From positions 4,951 to 68,950 of the forward strand of contig DAMU01000077.1 of NCBI GenBank assembly GCA_002499705.1: 64,000 nucleotides of DNA. Direction: 5' to 3'. Below the pieces are notes generated by a model. That model had not been told where the DNA came from, did no database searches, and saw only the letters and a list, made by a program, of their open reading frames with translations. A program made the position numbers and the translations under genes. This DNA is from Euryarchaeota archaeon UBA91 (lineage in GTDB: Archaea; Thermoplasmatota; Poseidoniia; Poseidoniales; Poseidoniaceae). How positions within the stretch are numbered: the stretch's first letter is position 1; each line of letters begins with the position of its first letter. This document shows, piece after piece, positions 9,240 through 18,323 of the stretch.

Positions 9240-10652
9240 TCAATTCTCGCTTGCGTCATTCCGTTCATTGCCTTCGTCTTGTTCAGATTTTCGGCGGGAT
9301 TCAGCCTCATTAGCAAAAGCAGCGACTCCAATCACTGCTGCAAGTACTGAAATCGGATTGAACAGTCCGTATCCAATGAGGAAACGGTCTTGCTCAGTCT
9401 CGATATACGTTGCACTAATATTGACCGTTTCATTGACCCATGTTGCAGCGTTAATGACGCGCTTTTGATAGTTGAGGTTCCACATTCCATCTTCGGCAAA
9501 CATGCCCGGATTGACTGAGAAAGACACAACCGAACTGTTTGTAGCGTTCACTGAGAAGAAAGGTGAGATCCATGCCACTTCACCACTTTCGCCGATGTAT
9601 TCGAGAGTGGCGTTTGCAGTGGAGGCCATTCCATGGTTCACAACATCCAATGTCAGTGTATCATCATCAATTGTTATCGATTGCACATCAAGGCGAGCAC
9701 GCCAATACCATACATTGTTGATGAGGTATTTCATAACATCCATCTCCTCCCCTAATCGTTCATTGAGAGCCTCAACTGAACCGGGGACAAATTGCTCGTC
9801 ATCGGTTTCAAAGGTGAAGGTAGGGAAACCCATAACGCCGTAACCATAGTCTCTACTTGTTCCACAGTTTGGATACAATCCTTGATTTGCATTTTGAATT
9901 GGGATCTCTGAAATTCCGCCATTTACGTCATCTCGAATGCTGTGAAACAATTCCCAATCAGGAGGCTGTTCTGGCCACTTACCCCATGGGTAAAGAATAA
10001 TCCAGACACCCGTGTGCATGGTGACGTAAAGGTCAGCATCTGGAACAACGGTATTCATGTAAACCGAGTTGGCAAGGGTTTCAGGCTCACTAAAAGCAGA
10101 TGTCCCAGGTTGAGTTGTGGGGCACGAATTCCAATAGTGGTCGTAATTTCGATTCAAATCAACCTGTCCGAGGTTCCATCGAGTATCAATATCATTGCCA
10201 TCTGGATTCAGCATGATCAGAACGTGAACCTCCGAATTTTGTAGAACCTGAATTGCTTCTTCATTACCCTCAATCCAGCCGTCGATGTAATATTTGGCAG
10301 ATAACCATGCCAATGCGGTTCCAAGATACTCGTTGCCATGATGGCCGCCATCGATGTAGATGATTTCTTTTGAACTTCCATTGGGCTTGAATTCCGTGGA
10401 CCAATCAGATAATTGAACAACCCACAGACTCTTGCCTGCTCGGGATTTTCCAACATCCTCTAATTTGACAATGTCGGGATTTTCATCTGCCCATTCATTG
10501 ACTTCCAACGTCATTGCTGCCCAAGTCATGTGCACGTGGTTATCGATAGGATCGCCAGGCCACGCCTCGCCTTGAGCGTCTTCTGCTTGAGCACTGGTAA
10601 GGGGGACAAGCGGAAGAAGCAGGCACAAGGTGAGGAAAATTGCTGCTCGCAT
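9240..10652 (-). CDS. Secreted zinc carboxypeptidase (peptidase M14) with C-terminal TM anchor
   Basis: HGNEYLG (HxxE zinc motif), an N-terminal signal-like MRAAIFLTLCLLLPLVPLTSAQA, and a C-terminal hydrophobic ISVLAAVIGVAAF followed by a charged tail. Start re-picked at 10652. Confidence 0.8.
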   Translation of the reverse strand: MRAAIFLTLCLLLPLVPLTSAQAEDAQGEAWPGDPIDNHVHMTWAAMTLEVNEWADENPDIVKLEDVGKSRAGKSLWVVQLSDWSTEFKPNGSSKEIIYIDGGHHGNEYLGTALAWLSAKYYIDGWIEGNEEAIQVLQNSEVHVLIMLNPDGNDIDTRWNLGQVDLNRNYDHYWNSCPTTQPGTSAFSEPETLANSVYMNTVVPDADLYVTMHTGVWIILYPWGKWPEQPPDWELFHSIRDDVNGGISEIPIQNANQGLYPNCGTSRDYGYGVMGFPTFTFETDDEQFVPGSVEALNERLGEEMDVMKYLINNVWYWRARLDVQSITIDDDTLTLDVVNHGMASTANATLEYIGESGEVAWISPFFSVNATNSSVVSFSVNPGMFAEDGMWNLNYQKRVINAATWVNETVNISATYIETEQDRFLIGYGLFNPISVLAAVIGVAAFANEAESRRKSEQDEGNERNDASEN

Positions 10653-10693
10653 GGCTGGCGCTAGCAAGCAAGAATCAAAAACGCTTGGGTGCG

Positions 10694-11134
10694 TTACCAA
10701 TCCGAAGTAAAGGCGTTTGGATTGGTTACGCGTTCAGACTCACGAGTCCAAATTGAATTGATATTGGTTTGGCCACCGTAAATATCGGCAAAGGGGTCGA
10801 TTTCTTCAGGATCCAAATTTCGTTGCATGTAAGCCTCAACCCGTTCACGCAAGTCGGGTTTAAACTTCCAATAGTGGATTCTCCACTCACGGCCATCCCA
10901 GAGGGTCGTTTCTTCCGATTCAGTAGTGAGAAGGTCATAATCTTGGAACATGTAAAACAAGTTACGGTCGGTAGGCTCCAAGGCATTGTCAATGATACGA
11001 TTGTAAAAACCAAAGAATCCGAGAGCGTGTTCTGCCATACCTTGAGCAACTTCTTCATCCATCTCAAGATCGATGTGTTGTTGAATGGCTCGAGTAAGTT
11101 CCGATAATGTCATTGTCATTTTGATTTCCCCCAA
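10694..11134 (-). CDS. Hypothetical cytoplasmic protein
   Basis: Long ORF with no recognisable motif, and coding-like composition. The overlapping alternate-frame ORFs look like artefacts. Confidence 0.5.
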   Translation of the reverse strand: MGEIKMTMTLSELTRAIQQHIDLEMDEEVAQGMAEHALGFFGFYNRIIDNALEPTDRNLFYMFQDYDLLTTESEETTLWDGREWRIHYWKFKPDLRERVEAYMQRNLDPEEIDPFADIYGGQTNINSIWTRESERVTNPNAFTSDW

Positions 11135-11353
11135 CCCGCTATTTTACTCCGCAGACACTGTATATTATTGTCATCCGACCCATATAGACTCATCGCTCGT
11201 ATTTCATGAAAACACAAAAAATAAGCGAATATTGTCCCCCCAGCACCCAAAATAAGGAGGCCACGAGTAGCCCGCCTCATACAACCCAACAGGTGACTCA
11301 ACTTAAACAACATCAATCAACAGCCTCAAAAATGCCTGTGTAAGGGCAAGGTT

Positions 11354-12385
11354 GTGAGCGAAGAGTATGTGCAGGGAAATTTCCTTGGCCTACCCGAAAA
11401 GGGGGGCGAAGTCGATGTCGCAATTCTGCAACTGCCTTACGAACTCACGACCTCTTACGGACAGGGTACTGCTGGAGGCCCAGCAGCATGCATCACCGCC
11501 AGCGCTCAAGTCGAGTTGTTTGATGCATCGCTTGGCGAAGACCTACCTGCTGGTGCCGCTCTCTTCACCGCACCAGAATGGGATGCTGAAGGTAACAGCC
11601 TTGCTGAACAACTGGACAACATGAGCGGATATCTGAGACCTTGGTATGCTGGTGATTGTTTCCCCCTCATTTTAGGTGGCGAACACGGAATTTTGCCGCC
11701 CTTAGTCTATGCAGCGCAGCACCATCCGATGGTGGGTGGGGATATCGAACGCTTAACTGTCGTGCAAATTGACGCTCATGCCGACTTGCGCGAACAACTC
11801 GACGGGGAGCCATATTCACATGCTTGTGCTGCAAGTCGTTCGCTTGATCTTGGCATAGGGAAACTGGTTCAAATTGGTATCCGTGCATATTCAAAGCAGG
11901 AAGCTGAATTCATCGAAAAAGATCAAAGAGTGACGACGTTTTTTGCACGTGACACACAATCTCCATCACACGGAGAAGCTGCATGGACTTCATGTTTAGA
12001 GACATTGAGAAGTTTAAGCGGTCCTGTTCATCTCACCATTGACATTGATGGATTAGATGGCAGCATCGTGCCCGCCACTGGAACTCCCGTTCCTGGAGGA
12101 CTCTCGTTTTGGCGAGCAGCAGAAACGATTGAAGCAGTTTTCTCGGCCCCAAATGCGACGGTAATTAGTGCTGATGTCAATGAAATTGTGGCCCAAGAAG
12201 ATTCCCCACTCACACAATTCACCGCTGCAATGTTAGCGACTAAAGTAATAGCAACGCAACTCAAGGCACGAAAAGACGGACGATGGAAGGCTGCAGCGGC
12301 TCAAGCAGGAAAACAGCGAGTTGCAGAACCATGTGATTATTTTCGAAAACAAATGAAAAGTGATATTCCGAAAGAAACAGCATGA
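11354..12385 (+). CDS. speB: Agmatinase / ureohydrolase family
   Basis: Arginase-fold Mn motifs GGEHGI, QIDAHADL and TIDIDGLDG. GTG start. The C-terminal ~40 aa basic extension is atypical. Confidence 0.8.
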   Translation: MSEEYVQGNFLGLPEKGGEVDVAILQLPYELTTSYGQGTAGGPAACITASAQVELFDASLGEDLPAGAALFTAPEWDAEGNSLAEQLDNMSGYLRPWYAGDCFPLILGGEHGILPPLVYAAQHHPMVGGDIERLTVVQIDAHADLREQLDGEPYSHACAASRSLDLGIGKLVQIGIRAYSKQEAEFIEKDQRVTTFFARDTQSPSHGEAAWTSCLETLRSLSGPVHLTIDIDGLDGSIVPATGTPVPGGLSFWRAAETIEAVFSAPNATVISADVNEIVAQEDSPLTQFTAAMLATKVIATQLKARKDGRWKAAAAQAGKQRVAEPCDYFRKQMKSDIPKETA

Positions 12386-12391
12386 AGAGGA

Positions 12392-12790
12392 GTGAATGTG
12401 ATGACGAATTTAGAAGCACATGGCGCCCACGTATTCCTCGATTACACGGGATATGTCTCTCCCACCGAGAATGATGGACAATGGATTCTCGAACTTCTGG
12501 AACAAGCAGTTGAACGCAGTGATGCAAGAAAGGTCCATTCCCATGTCGAACCGTTCGATGGTTCCCTCTCTCCTGTTGGATTCGCTGCGGTGGTATTACT
12601 TGACGAGAGTCACGTTACTGCTCACTGCTATTCGGAGAGTGGCTGGTTGGCTTTGGATTGTTTCACTTGTGGTGGTTCAGACCCCGAGGCCTTAGCAGAC
12701 GATATCCATCTTCAACTGACGAAAGAGATTCCATCACTTGAACTCAAGCGTAGACAGCATGTTGCTCGCTTTTTACATGAGGAGGCTTAA
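12392..12790 (+). CDS. speH: S-adenosylmethionine decarboxylase proenzyme (small pyruvoyl type)
   Basis: VVLLDESHVTAHCY contains the E-S self-cleavage site typical of SpeH-type AdoMetDC. Size is about 130 aa. Confidence 0.8.
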   Translation: MNVMTNLEAHGAHVFLDYTGYVSPTENDGQWILELLEQAVERSDARKVHSHVEPFDGSLSPVGFAAVVLLDESHVTAHCYSESGWLALDCFTCGGSDPEALADDIHLQLTKEIPSLELKRRQHVARFLHEEA

Positions 12791-12791
12791 C

Positions 12792-13748
12792 ATGTCTGTT
12801 CGGAAATTTGTCGATCAGAATTACCGTCATTTTAACGCAGGTGAACTTGCTCGTGCTGCACGTTCCTTAACTCATTTTTTAGACGGTGGAGGCAAGATTT
12901 TTGTCACGCTTGCTGGGGCTATGAGCACTGCTGAACTCGGTCGAAGTTTGGCACCACTGATTCGTGCAGGCCATATTGCTGGAATCTCTTGCACTGGAGC
13001 AAACTTAGAAGAAGACCTGTTTCATTTGGTCGCTCATAATTCCTATGTGTCCATCGAAAACTGGCGTAACCTCTCTGCTGAGGACGAGGCTGAATTGTTA
13101 GAGAAGAAACTCAATCGTGTCACAGATATTTGCATTCCTGAAGAAGAAGCCTTTCGAAAAATAGAACATCATATTGTCTCATGTTGGAAACAGGCTGACA
13201 AAGATGGCGTGTCTAAACTCCCTCACGAATACTTCTACCAATTATTGCAAGACGGAACATTGGAAGCGGCTTTTGAAGCAAATCCAGAACATTCTTGGCT
13301 CTATGCTGCTGCAGAAAGAAGTCTTCCCATATTCGTCCCAGGCTGGGAGGATTCAACGCTTGGAAATATCTTTGCTGCTCGCTGTATTGAAGGAGAGATA
13401 CGCCCCACTGCGATTAAAAATGGCGTTGAATACATGATTCAGTTGGCGCAATGGTATGAATCGAGAACGGACTCTCTGGCCTTTCTCCAAATCGGAGGAG
13501 GCATCGCAGGAGATTTCCCGATTTGCGTAGTACCTATGCTCAATCAAGATTTAGAAAGGAAGGTTCCTCTATGGGGCTGGTATTGCCAAATAAGCGAAGC
13601 ATCTGCATCCTATGGAGGTTATTCAGGTGCACCCCCAAACGAAAAAATCACTTGGGGCAAACTCAACATCGATACGCCGAAGTTTGTAATTGAAAGCGAT
13701 GCCACCATAGTTGCTCCATTGCTGTTTGGATATGTTATGGACGCTTAG
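12792..13748 (+). CDS. dys: Deoxyhypusine synthase
   Basis: DHS-like sequence throughout (TLAGAMSTAELG, GGGIAGDFP, EASASYGGYSGA...EKITWGK). ATG at 12792 is preceded by GGAGG and lies 1 nt after the speH stop. Confidence 0.85.
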   Translation: MSVRKFVDQNYRHFNAGELARAARSLTHFLDGGGKIFVTLAGAMSTAELGRSLAPLIRAGHIAGISCTGANLEEDLFHLVAHNSYVSIENWRNLSAEDEAELLEKKLNRVTDICIPEEEAFRKIEHHIVSCWKQADKDGVSKLPHEYFYQLLQDGTLEAAFEANPEHSWLYAAAERSLPIFVPGWEDSTLGNIFAARCIEGEIRPTAIKNGVEYMIQLAQWYESRTDSLAFLQIGGGIAGDFPICVVPMLNQDLERKVPLWGWYCQISEASASYGGYSGAPPNEKITWGKLNIDTPKFVIESDATIVAPLLFGYVMDA

Positions 13749-13824
13749 ATTGCAAGAATCAACCGCCATCACCTTTGCACAGAACTGCGCAAGTATTGAA
13801 GAGGAGCAGACGCTACCTCTTTCC

Positions 13825-16800
13825 ATGAGCACACAGAAATCAAGACGAGCAATTGCTCTTTTCTTGGTCATGGTCTTACCTCTGGTCTTTTCAGCAACAG
13901 CTCAAACATCACCCAATGCTCCCATCATTAACACTGCTTGGGTAGAAGGGGATGGCGGAGAAAATCAACATGCCTATCTCATCACTTTTGGCGACAACGG
14001 ATCATACGACATCGATGTAGAAGTGATTCATCTCCACAATAACTCAATCATTGATACGGACGTTTTCCTTACCTGGAGTTCCATGAACGACTATCGAACC
14101 GCTCACGCCCTGCTCAATACCTCATTGCAATGGGGTGATGAAATCACATTGACGGTGACGGTGAATGGATGGAATGGAAACGAGTTATCGGAACCTCTTG
14201 AAACAATTCGCAGCTTTACGGTGGGGACTTGGAATCAACCGATGGCCGACCATGAAGTACTCCTCAAGACCTCCTGGGATCTCAATCAAACCTACATGAC
14301 ACAAGAAGGTGAACAAGGGTTTGCGCTGGACTTTAACGGACAAGGTTGGCAGATGCGTCAAGGAGATGTGCTCAATTCTTGGGAATTGGGAAGCGGAAAC
14401 CTTACCACTCTGGAAAATACCAATGACAGTTCGACTGAACTCTCACTTTCGCTTGATTCTATTTGGAAGAATGAAACAATTCAATCTGGGGTTTTGACTT
14501 CCCAAGTCTTTGACGCACGAGGCAGTGGTACACTGCACTTAGTAACGCTTGATGGTAATTCAGAAAGCGATATTACAGCCAATGTTTCTGAAGGGTGGTT
14601 TAATCGCTCAATGAATGAAGGAGAATTGTCTGAAAGATTGCGTATTGAAGCAACTGGAGGCCTCTCTATTCACGATATAGATGAGGAGGGACAGGGACTC
14701 AATGTAACAGGTGAAGTCAGTGTCTTTTTCTTAGAAACATGGGATGAAAACGGTATCCGTAGATTGCAACACACCCAATTCGAAGCACTTGCTGACATGC
14801 TTCTGTATGAAGATGATTTTCAAATGGATGTGTCCTTAGACGGCTTAACCATACTTGAACGATGGGAAGATGGAGTTCGAACTGACCAAAAAAATGAGTT
14901 CATTGGTCAAGGTACATTTGGCCTTAACGAAGAGGATGAGAACTCAAGTATCATGATCAATGGCACCATTCACGAGCTGCACTGGTTAACAGAAGATGGC
15001 ATCACTGTGAAAGACAAATTGCATATGGATGGCGTGATAACAGGAGATGCCCAAGGCTCTTTTGGAATTGTTCGTTCAATCGAAGAAACTGGCGACCAAG
15101 CTAATGCAACTCAGGTGGTCTTTTTGGTCAATGTGATTCATCAAGAGACCTGGTTTAACATCACCGGTATTAACGGAGGAAATTTCTTTGATGGACAAGG
15201 TGTTGGTGCAAATCACAACGAATCTTGGGATTATCAAGTTGTACAATCTGAATGGGAAAACCGAACGGTTCGCCTGGTATGGGAAGAAACAGGTGCTGAC
15301 CCATCAAGCGGTGATGAGCGACCGGAAAACAGCCCAGTTCAAGTGAATGCTACACAACCTGAAACTGAGGAAATTTTAGGCGAAATTACCATCTCACGAG
15401 AAACTGGACTTATGCCAATACCCCTGATACCAGGAGATACACTGCGACTTGCTGGCCAAGAAGGTCTCGAATTAATTATCACTGCTGAATCAACTGGAAA
15501 TGACCCAAGAGACGGTTTCAATTTACATGTAACAAACTGGATTGGCTCGTACGGCGATGGGGGCTCTGCATCCGGTTCTATCATTGACCAAGGACCACTT
15601 ATGGGACTTCTCTCTAGCGTATATCGTACCCTTGAAATCTCGTATGGGAGCGAAGATGAAACGGCCAACTTCACTGAAAGCCAAGTCGTCGAACGTATTC
15701 TATCACCGTCCATAATTACTGCTGAAAACAACACTGCACCTGTTCTGGTTGAAATGTATCTTGAGGAAGGCGTCATCTATGGAGAGGGAGGAAGTGCGGG
15801 AACTTTAGTCGCTCATATCGCTGATGAGGAAATGAACGTTGATTCGGTAACAGTCGACCTTTCCCCAATTGGAGGCGACATCGTGCTCATGAACGATCGA
15901 GGACTTGATGGCGATGGAATCGTTGGCGACCAACGCTTTACGACACGTATTCTTGTCCCTGGACTTGAAGTTGGAAACATCTCGCTTAACGTGACTGCCA
16001 CCGATACATGGGGTATGGAATCGATGGGCTCAGGAGATATTGAAATTGTGAATCAAGGCCCACGCTTATTCGAATTAGAGATTCTCCCTAATGTGGGACC
16101 GAGGGGGGCTGTCATGATTGTCAATGCCCAAGCTTACGACGGTCATGGAGTTGACAGCATTACACTTGATTTGAGAGATTCTGGAGGTGAACAGGTGGAA
16201 CTTCTACTCACTAACGGAGTGTGGGTAGCATCGTTCACAATACCTGAATCAATGACGCCTGGTGAACAGATCTTGACCTTTACATTGACAGATGGACTTG
16301 GGGAAAAGGAGTTCACAACTTTTTGGCATGTTGATGGAATCGATTCTACTCTTCATGCAATTTACGGACCTCACCACGTATCCGATGCTGTGATGGAAGA
16401 AATCACCATCAATGTTCTCAACACTGGGCCTGAAATCATCGCTCCCGGCGTTCAAACTTTAGAAAGAGGTGATGAAAGTTCCACCTTTGTATTGGAAGTT
16501 GCAATCAATGATTATGATGGTATTCGTGTTGCTCAAGCGAACATTGGAGTGTTCACACCATTGACGTCTCAGGCAACATGGCAAAATATGTATGATGATG
16601 GAACAAACGGTGATGCGGTCGCAAACGATGGAATTTATTCTGTTGAGTTACAGGTTCGAAACAGCATCCCTCTCGGCACCCATGAAGTGTTGATACAAGC
16701 ATCGGATGTTTACGGAAAAGTAAGCCCAACCGAATCAATTGCCATTCAATTGATCGAAGAGCAAACCAGTCTGTCCGGTGTATCCGGCTCCTTCCTCACT

Positions 16801-16920
16801 TCCGGAGTTTTGATTGGCGTTCTCGCATTGTTTGGCATTGGCGTAGCAGTTGTTGTTTTCATTTCAATACGTAATCGTCCAGAAAGTGAACAAGGCGAAG
16901 ACCGATTCGGATTTAATTGA
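13825..16920 (+). CDS. Large secreted, probably N-glycosylated surface protein with C-terminal TM anchor (unknown family)
   Basis: Signal-like MSTQKSRRAIALFLVMVLPLVFSATAQ, many N-x-S/T sequons, a C-terminal GVLIGVLALFGIGVAVVVFI helix and a short charged tail. Start re-picked at 13825. Confidence 0.7.
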   Translation: MSTQKSRRAIALFLVMVLPLVFSATAQTSPNAPIINTAWVEGDGGENQHAYLITFGDNGSYDIDVEVIHLHNNSIIDTDVFLTWSSMNDYRTAHALLNTSLQWGDEITLTVTVNGWNGNELSEPLETIRSFTVGTWNQPMADHEVLLKTSWDLNQTYMTQEGEQGFALDFNGQGWQMRQGDVLNSWELGSGNLTTLENTNDSSTELSLSLDSIWKNETIQSGVLTSQVFDARGSGTLHLVTLDGNSESDITANVSEGWFNRSMNEGELSERLRIEATGGLSIHDIDEEGQGLNVTGEVSVFFLETWDENGIRRLQHTQFEALADMLLYEDDFQMDVSLDGLTILERWEDGVRTDQKNEFIGQGTFGLNEEDENSSIMINGTIHELHWLTEDGITVKDKLHMDGVITGDAQGSFGIVRSIEETGDQANATQVVFLVNVIHQETWFNITGINGGNFFDGQGVGANHNESWDYQVVQSEWENRTVRLVWEETGADPSSGDERPENSPVQVNATQPETEEILGEITISRETGLMPIPLIPGDTLRLAGQEGLELIITAESTGNDPRDGFNLHVTNWIGSYGDGGSASGSIIDQGPLMGLLSSVYRTLEISYGSEDETANFTESQVVERILSPSIITAENNTAPVLVEMYLEEGVIYGEGGSAGTLVAHIADEEMNVDSVTVDLSPIGGDIVLMNDRGLDGDGIVGDQRFTTRILVPGLEVGNISLNVTATDTWGMESMGSGDIEIVNQGPRLFELEILPNVGPRGAVMIVNAQAYDGHGVDSITLDLRDSGGEQVELLLTNGVWVASFTIPESMTPGEQILTFTLTDGLGEKEFTTFWHVDGIDSTLHAIYGPHHVSDAVMEEITINVLNTGPEIIAPGVQTLERGDESSTFVLEVAINDYDGIRVAQANIGVFTPLTSQATWQNMYDDGTNGDAVANDGIYSVELQVRNSIPLGTHEVLIQASDVYGKVSPTESIAIQLIEEQTSLSGVSGSFLTSGVLIGVLALFGIGVAVVVFISIRNRPESEQGEDRFGFN

Positions 16921-16976
16921 GCACATTGTCAGGCCGACAACCGTTTATACTGCTGTTCTTTGGAGTGATTACATCT

Positions 16977-17051
16977 ACGGACGTAGTGTAGCGGTTATCA
17001 CCGAGCGTTGCCAACGCTTGAACCCGGGTTCAAATCCCGGCGTCCGTACCA
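16977..17051 (+). tRNA. tRNA-Gly (anticodon GCC), CCA encoded
   Basis: Hand-folded. Acceptor ACGGACG/CGTCCGT, anticodon stem GAGCG/CGCTT with loop TT-GCC-AA, T arm CCGGG-TTCAAAT-CCCGG, discriminator A followed by CCA. Confidence 0.9.
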
Positions 17052-17156
17052 TTCCACTCCAATTTACCCTAATTACCGCGTTTTCGGGTCGTTTATTCCC
17101 AAAAACAACCGAATACTTAACGACAGAAGAGATGAGTCTCGGACCGAGGGAGTCGA

Positions 17157-17474
17157 ATGAGTGAACGCCGTTCCATTTTTATCGGAAAGAAACCATTGCA
17201 TGCATACGTACGAGCGGTCGTGATGGCGATGGAAGAAGGAAACCGTGAGGTGCAACTCGTAGCAAGAGGTGCGACCATCGGTCGCGCTGTTGATGTTGCC
17301 GAAATTTGCAGGAGAAGAAACGGCGTCATTGCTCAAGGCTTACCTTCTGAAGTGGTTATCGGTGAAATCCAATGTTCTTCTGAAACGCTCACACAGGATG
17401 ACAGAGAGAGAACCGTGAGTGTACTTACCATCGAATTGGATGGAATTGGTGAAGTACCGAGCGAAGAGGAATAA
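17157..17474 (+). CDS. albA: Alba (Sac10b) DNA/RNA-binding chromatin protein
   Basis: GKKPLHAYVRAVVMAM...VQLVARGATIGRAVDVAEI is a typical Alba core. 105 aa. Confidence 0.9.
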   Translation: MSERRSIFIGKKPLHAYVRAVVMAMEEGNREVQLVARGATIGRAVDVAEICRRRNGVIAQGLPSEVVIGEIQCSSETLTQDDRERTVSVLTIELDGIGEVPSEEE

Positions 17475-17837
17475 TCATTCAAGCAATGCTTTCAGTCGCT
17501 GTTCAATGGTATCCGCCGTTGATTGATACACGGAAAGAGCATGGCCAACTGGATCTTCTAATTCCCAATCCTGATCGATTCGCATCAGTGGACAGTGTAC
17601 TCCACAGCCCATTGAGATGACCATGTCATAATCGTCTGCAGAAAAATCATCGACACTTTTTGGCACCATGCCTTCGGTTGAAATTCCACGAGCCTCAAGA
17701 ACAACAACTGCATTGCTCGCAATTGTATCTGCCGGATGAGTTCCAGCTGAATCTGCTGTAAATCCCATTGAACGTGCAAGACCCTCAGCCATTTGAGAAC
17801 GACAAGAGTTCCCCACACAGACGAATAAGAGTCGCAT
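17475..17837 (-). CDS. Low-molecular-weight phosphotyrosine phosphatase / thioredoxin-type arsenate reductase (ArsC-like)
   Basis: The N-terminus LLFVCVGNSCRSQMAEG carries the CX5R(S) P-loop. A downstream GCGVHCP Cys pair resembles LMWP-type ArsC. Confidence 0.75.
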   Translation of the reverse strand: MRLLFVCVGNSCRSQMAEGLARSMGFTADSAGTHPADTIASNAVVVLEARGISTEGMVPKSVDDFSADDYDMVISMGCGVHCPLMRIDQDWELEDPVGHALSVYQSTADTIEQRLKALLE

Positions 17838-17914
17838 GACTATTCCTAACGGCGAGGCTATTTATTGATTTTCAATATAGAAGACTTCTCAAAGGAGAGC
17901 CCATTCATCTTTTC

Positions 17915-18298
17915 ATGCTCAAAGATACTTCGCCTTTGTTTCGCGGCGTCTGTATCTCAGCCACTCTGTACGCCGGTCTTTTTTTGGGTCATATTGTCGC
18001 AGCAGCACTCGAGTGGAAGATGATTTTCAAAATCATTGCAATACTCATCTCCCTGATGACGTTTCTCGTCGGCCCGAGCATTGTTGTCTTCGGAAAAATA
18101 ACCAATATTCAGGAAAAAATTCAAGCCAATTCCTTTGGCTTTCCAATCTCAATACTGCTTGCTGTTGGTTTGGCATGGGCGTATGAAGACCAGTCCTTCG
18201 ATATTGTTCGAACTTTGAGTTTTCTTTGCGCAGCGATTGGTGTTCATTTAATCCAAAGGCAACTGATTCAACAAAAGCACTCCGAAAAGATGGGTTGA
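17915..18298 (+). CDS. Small integral membrane protein (hypothetical)
   Basis: Four hydrophobic segments in 127 aa. No motif recognised. Confidence 0.5.
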   Translation: MLKDTSPLFRGVCISATLYAGLFLGHIVAAALEWKMIFKIIAILISLMTFLVGPSIVVFGKITNIQEKIQANSFGFPISILLAVGLAWAYEDQSFDIVRTLSFLCAAIGVHLIQRQLIQQKHSEKMG

Positions 18299-18323
18299 AG
18301 TACATTAGGCCAGTGCTCCAATC

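Noticed and set aside
11116-11316. 66-aa ORF in the divergent spacer between the hypothetical gene and speB
   Set aside because: It overlaps the 5' end of the upstream gene, and has no motif and odd composition. It is more likely promoter or leader sequence for the divergent genes.
4844-16976. Genomic island or integrated element bounded by the two tRNA-Gly genes
   Set aside because: No integrase, transposase or phage-like genes. The content is core metabolism (pepA, speB, speH, dys). No tRNA-derived direct repeat was noticed.
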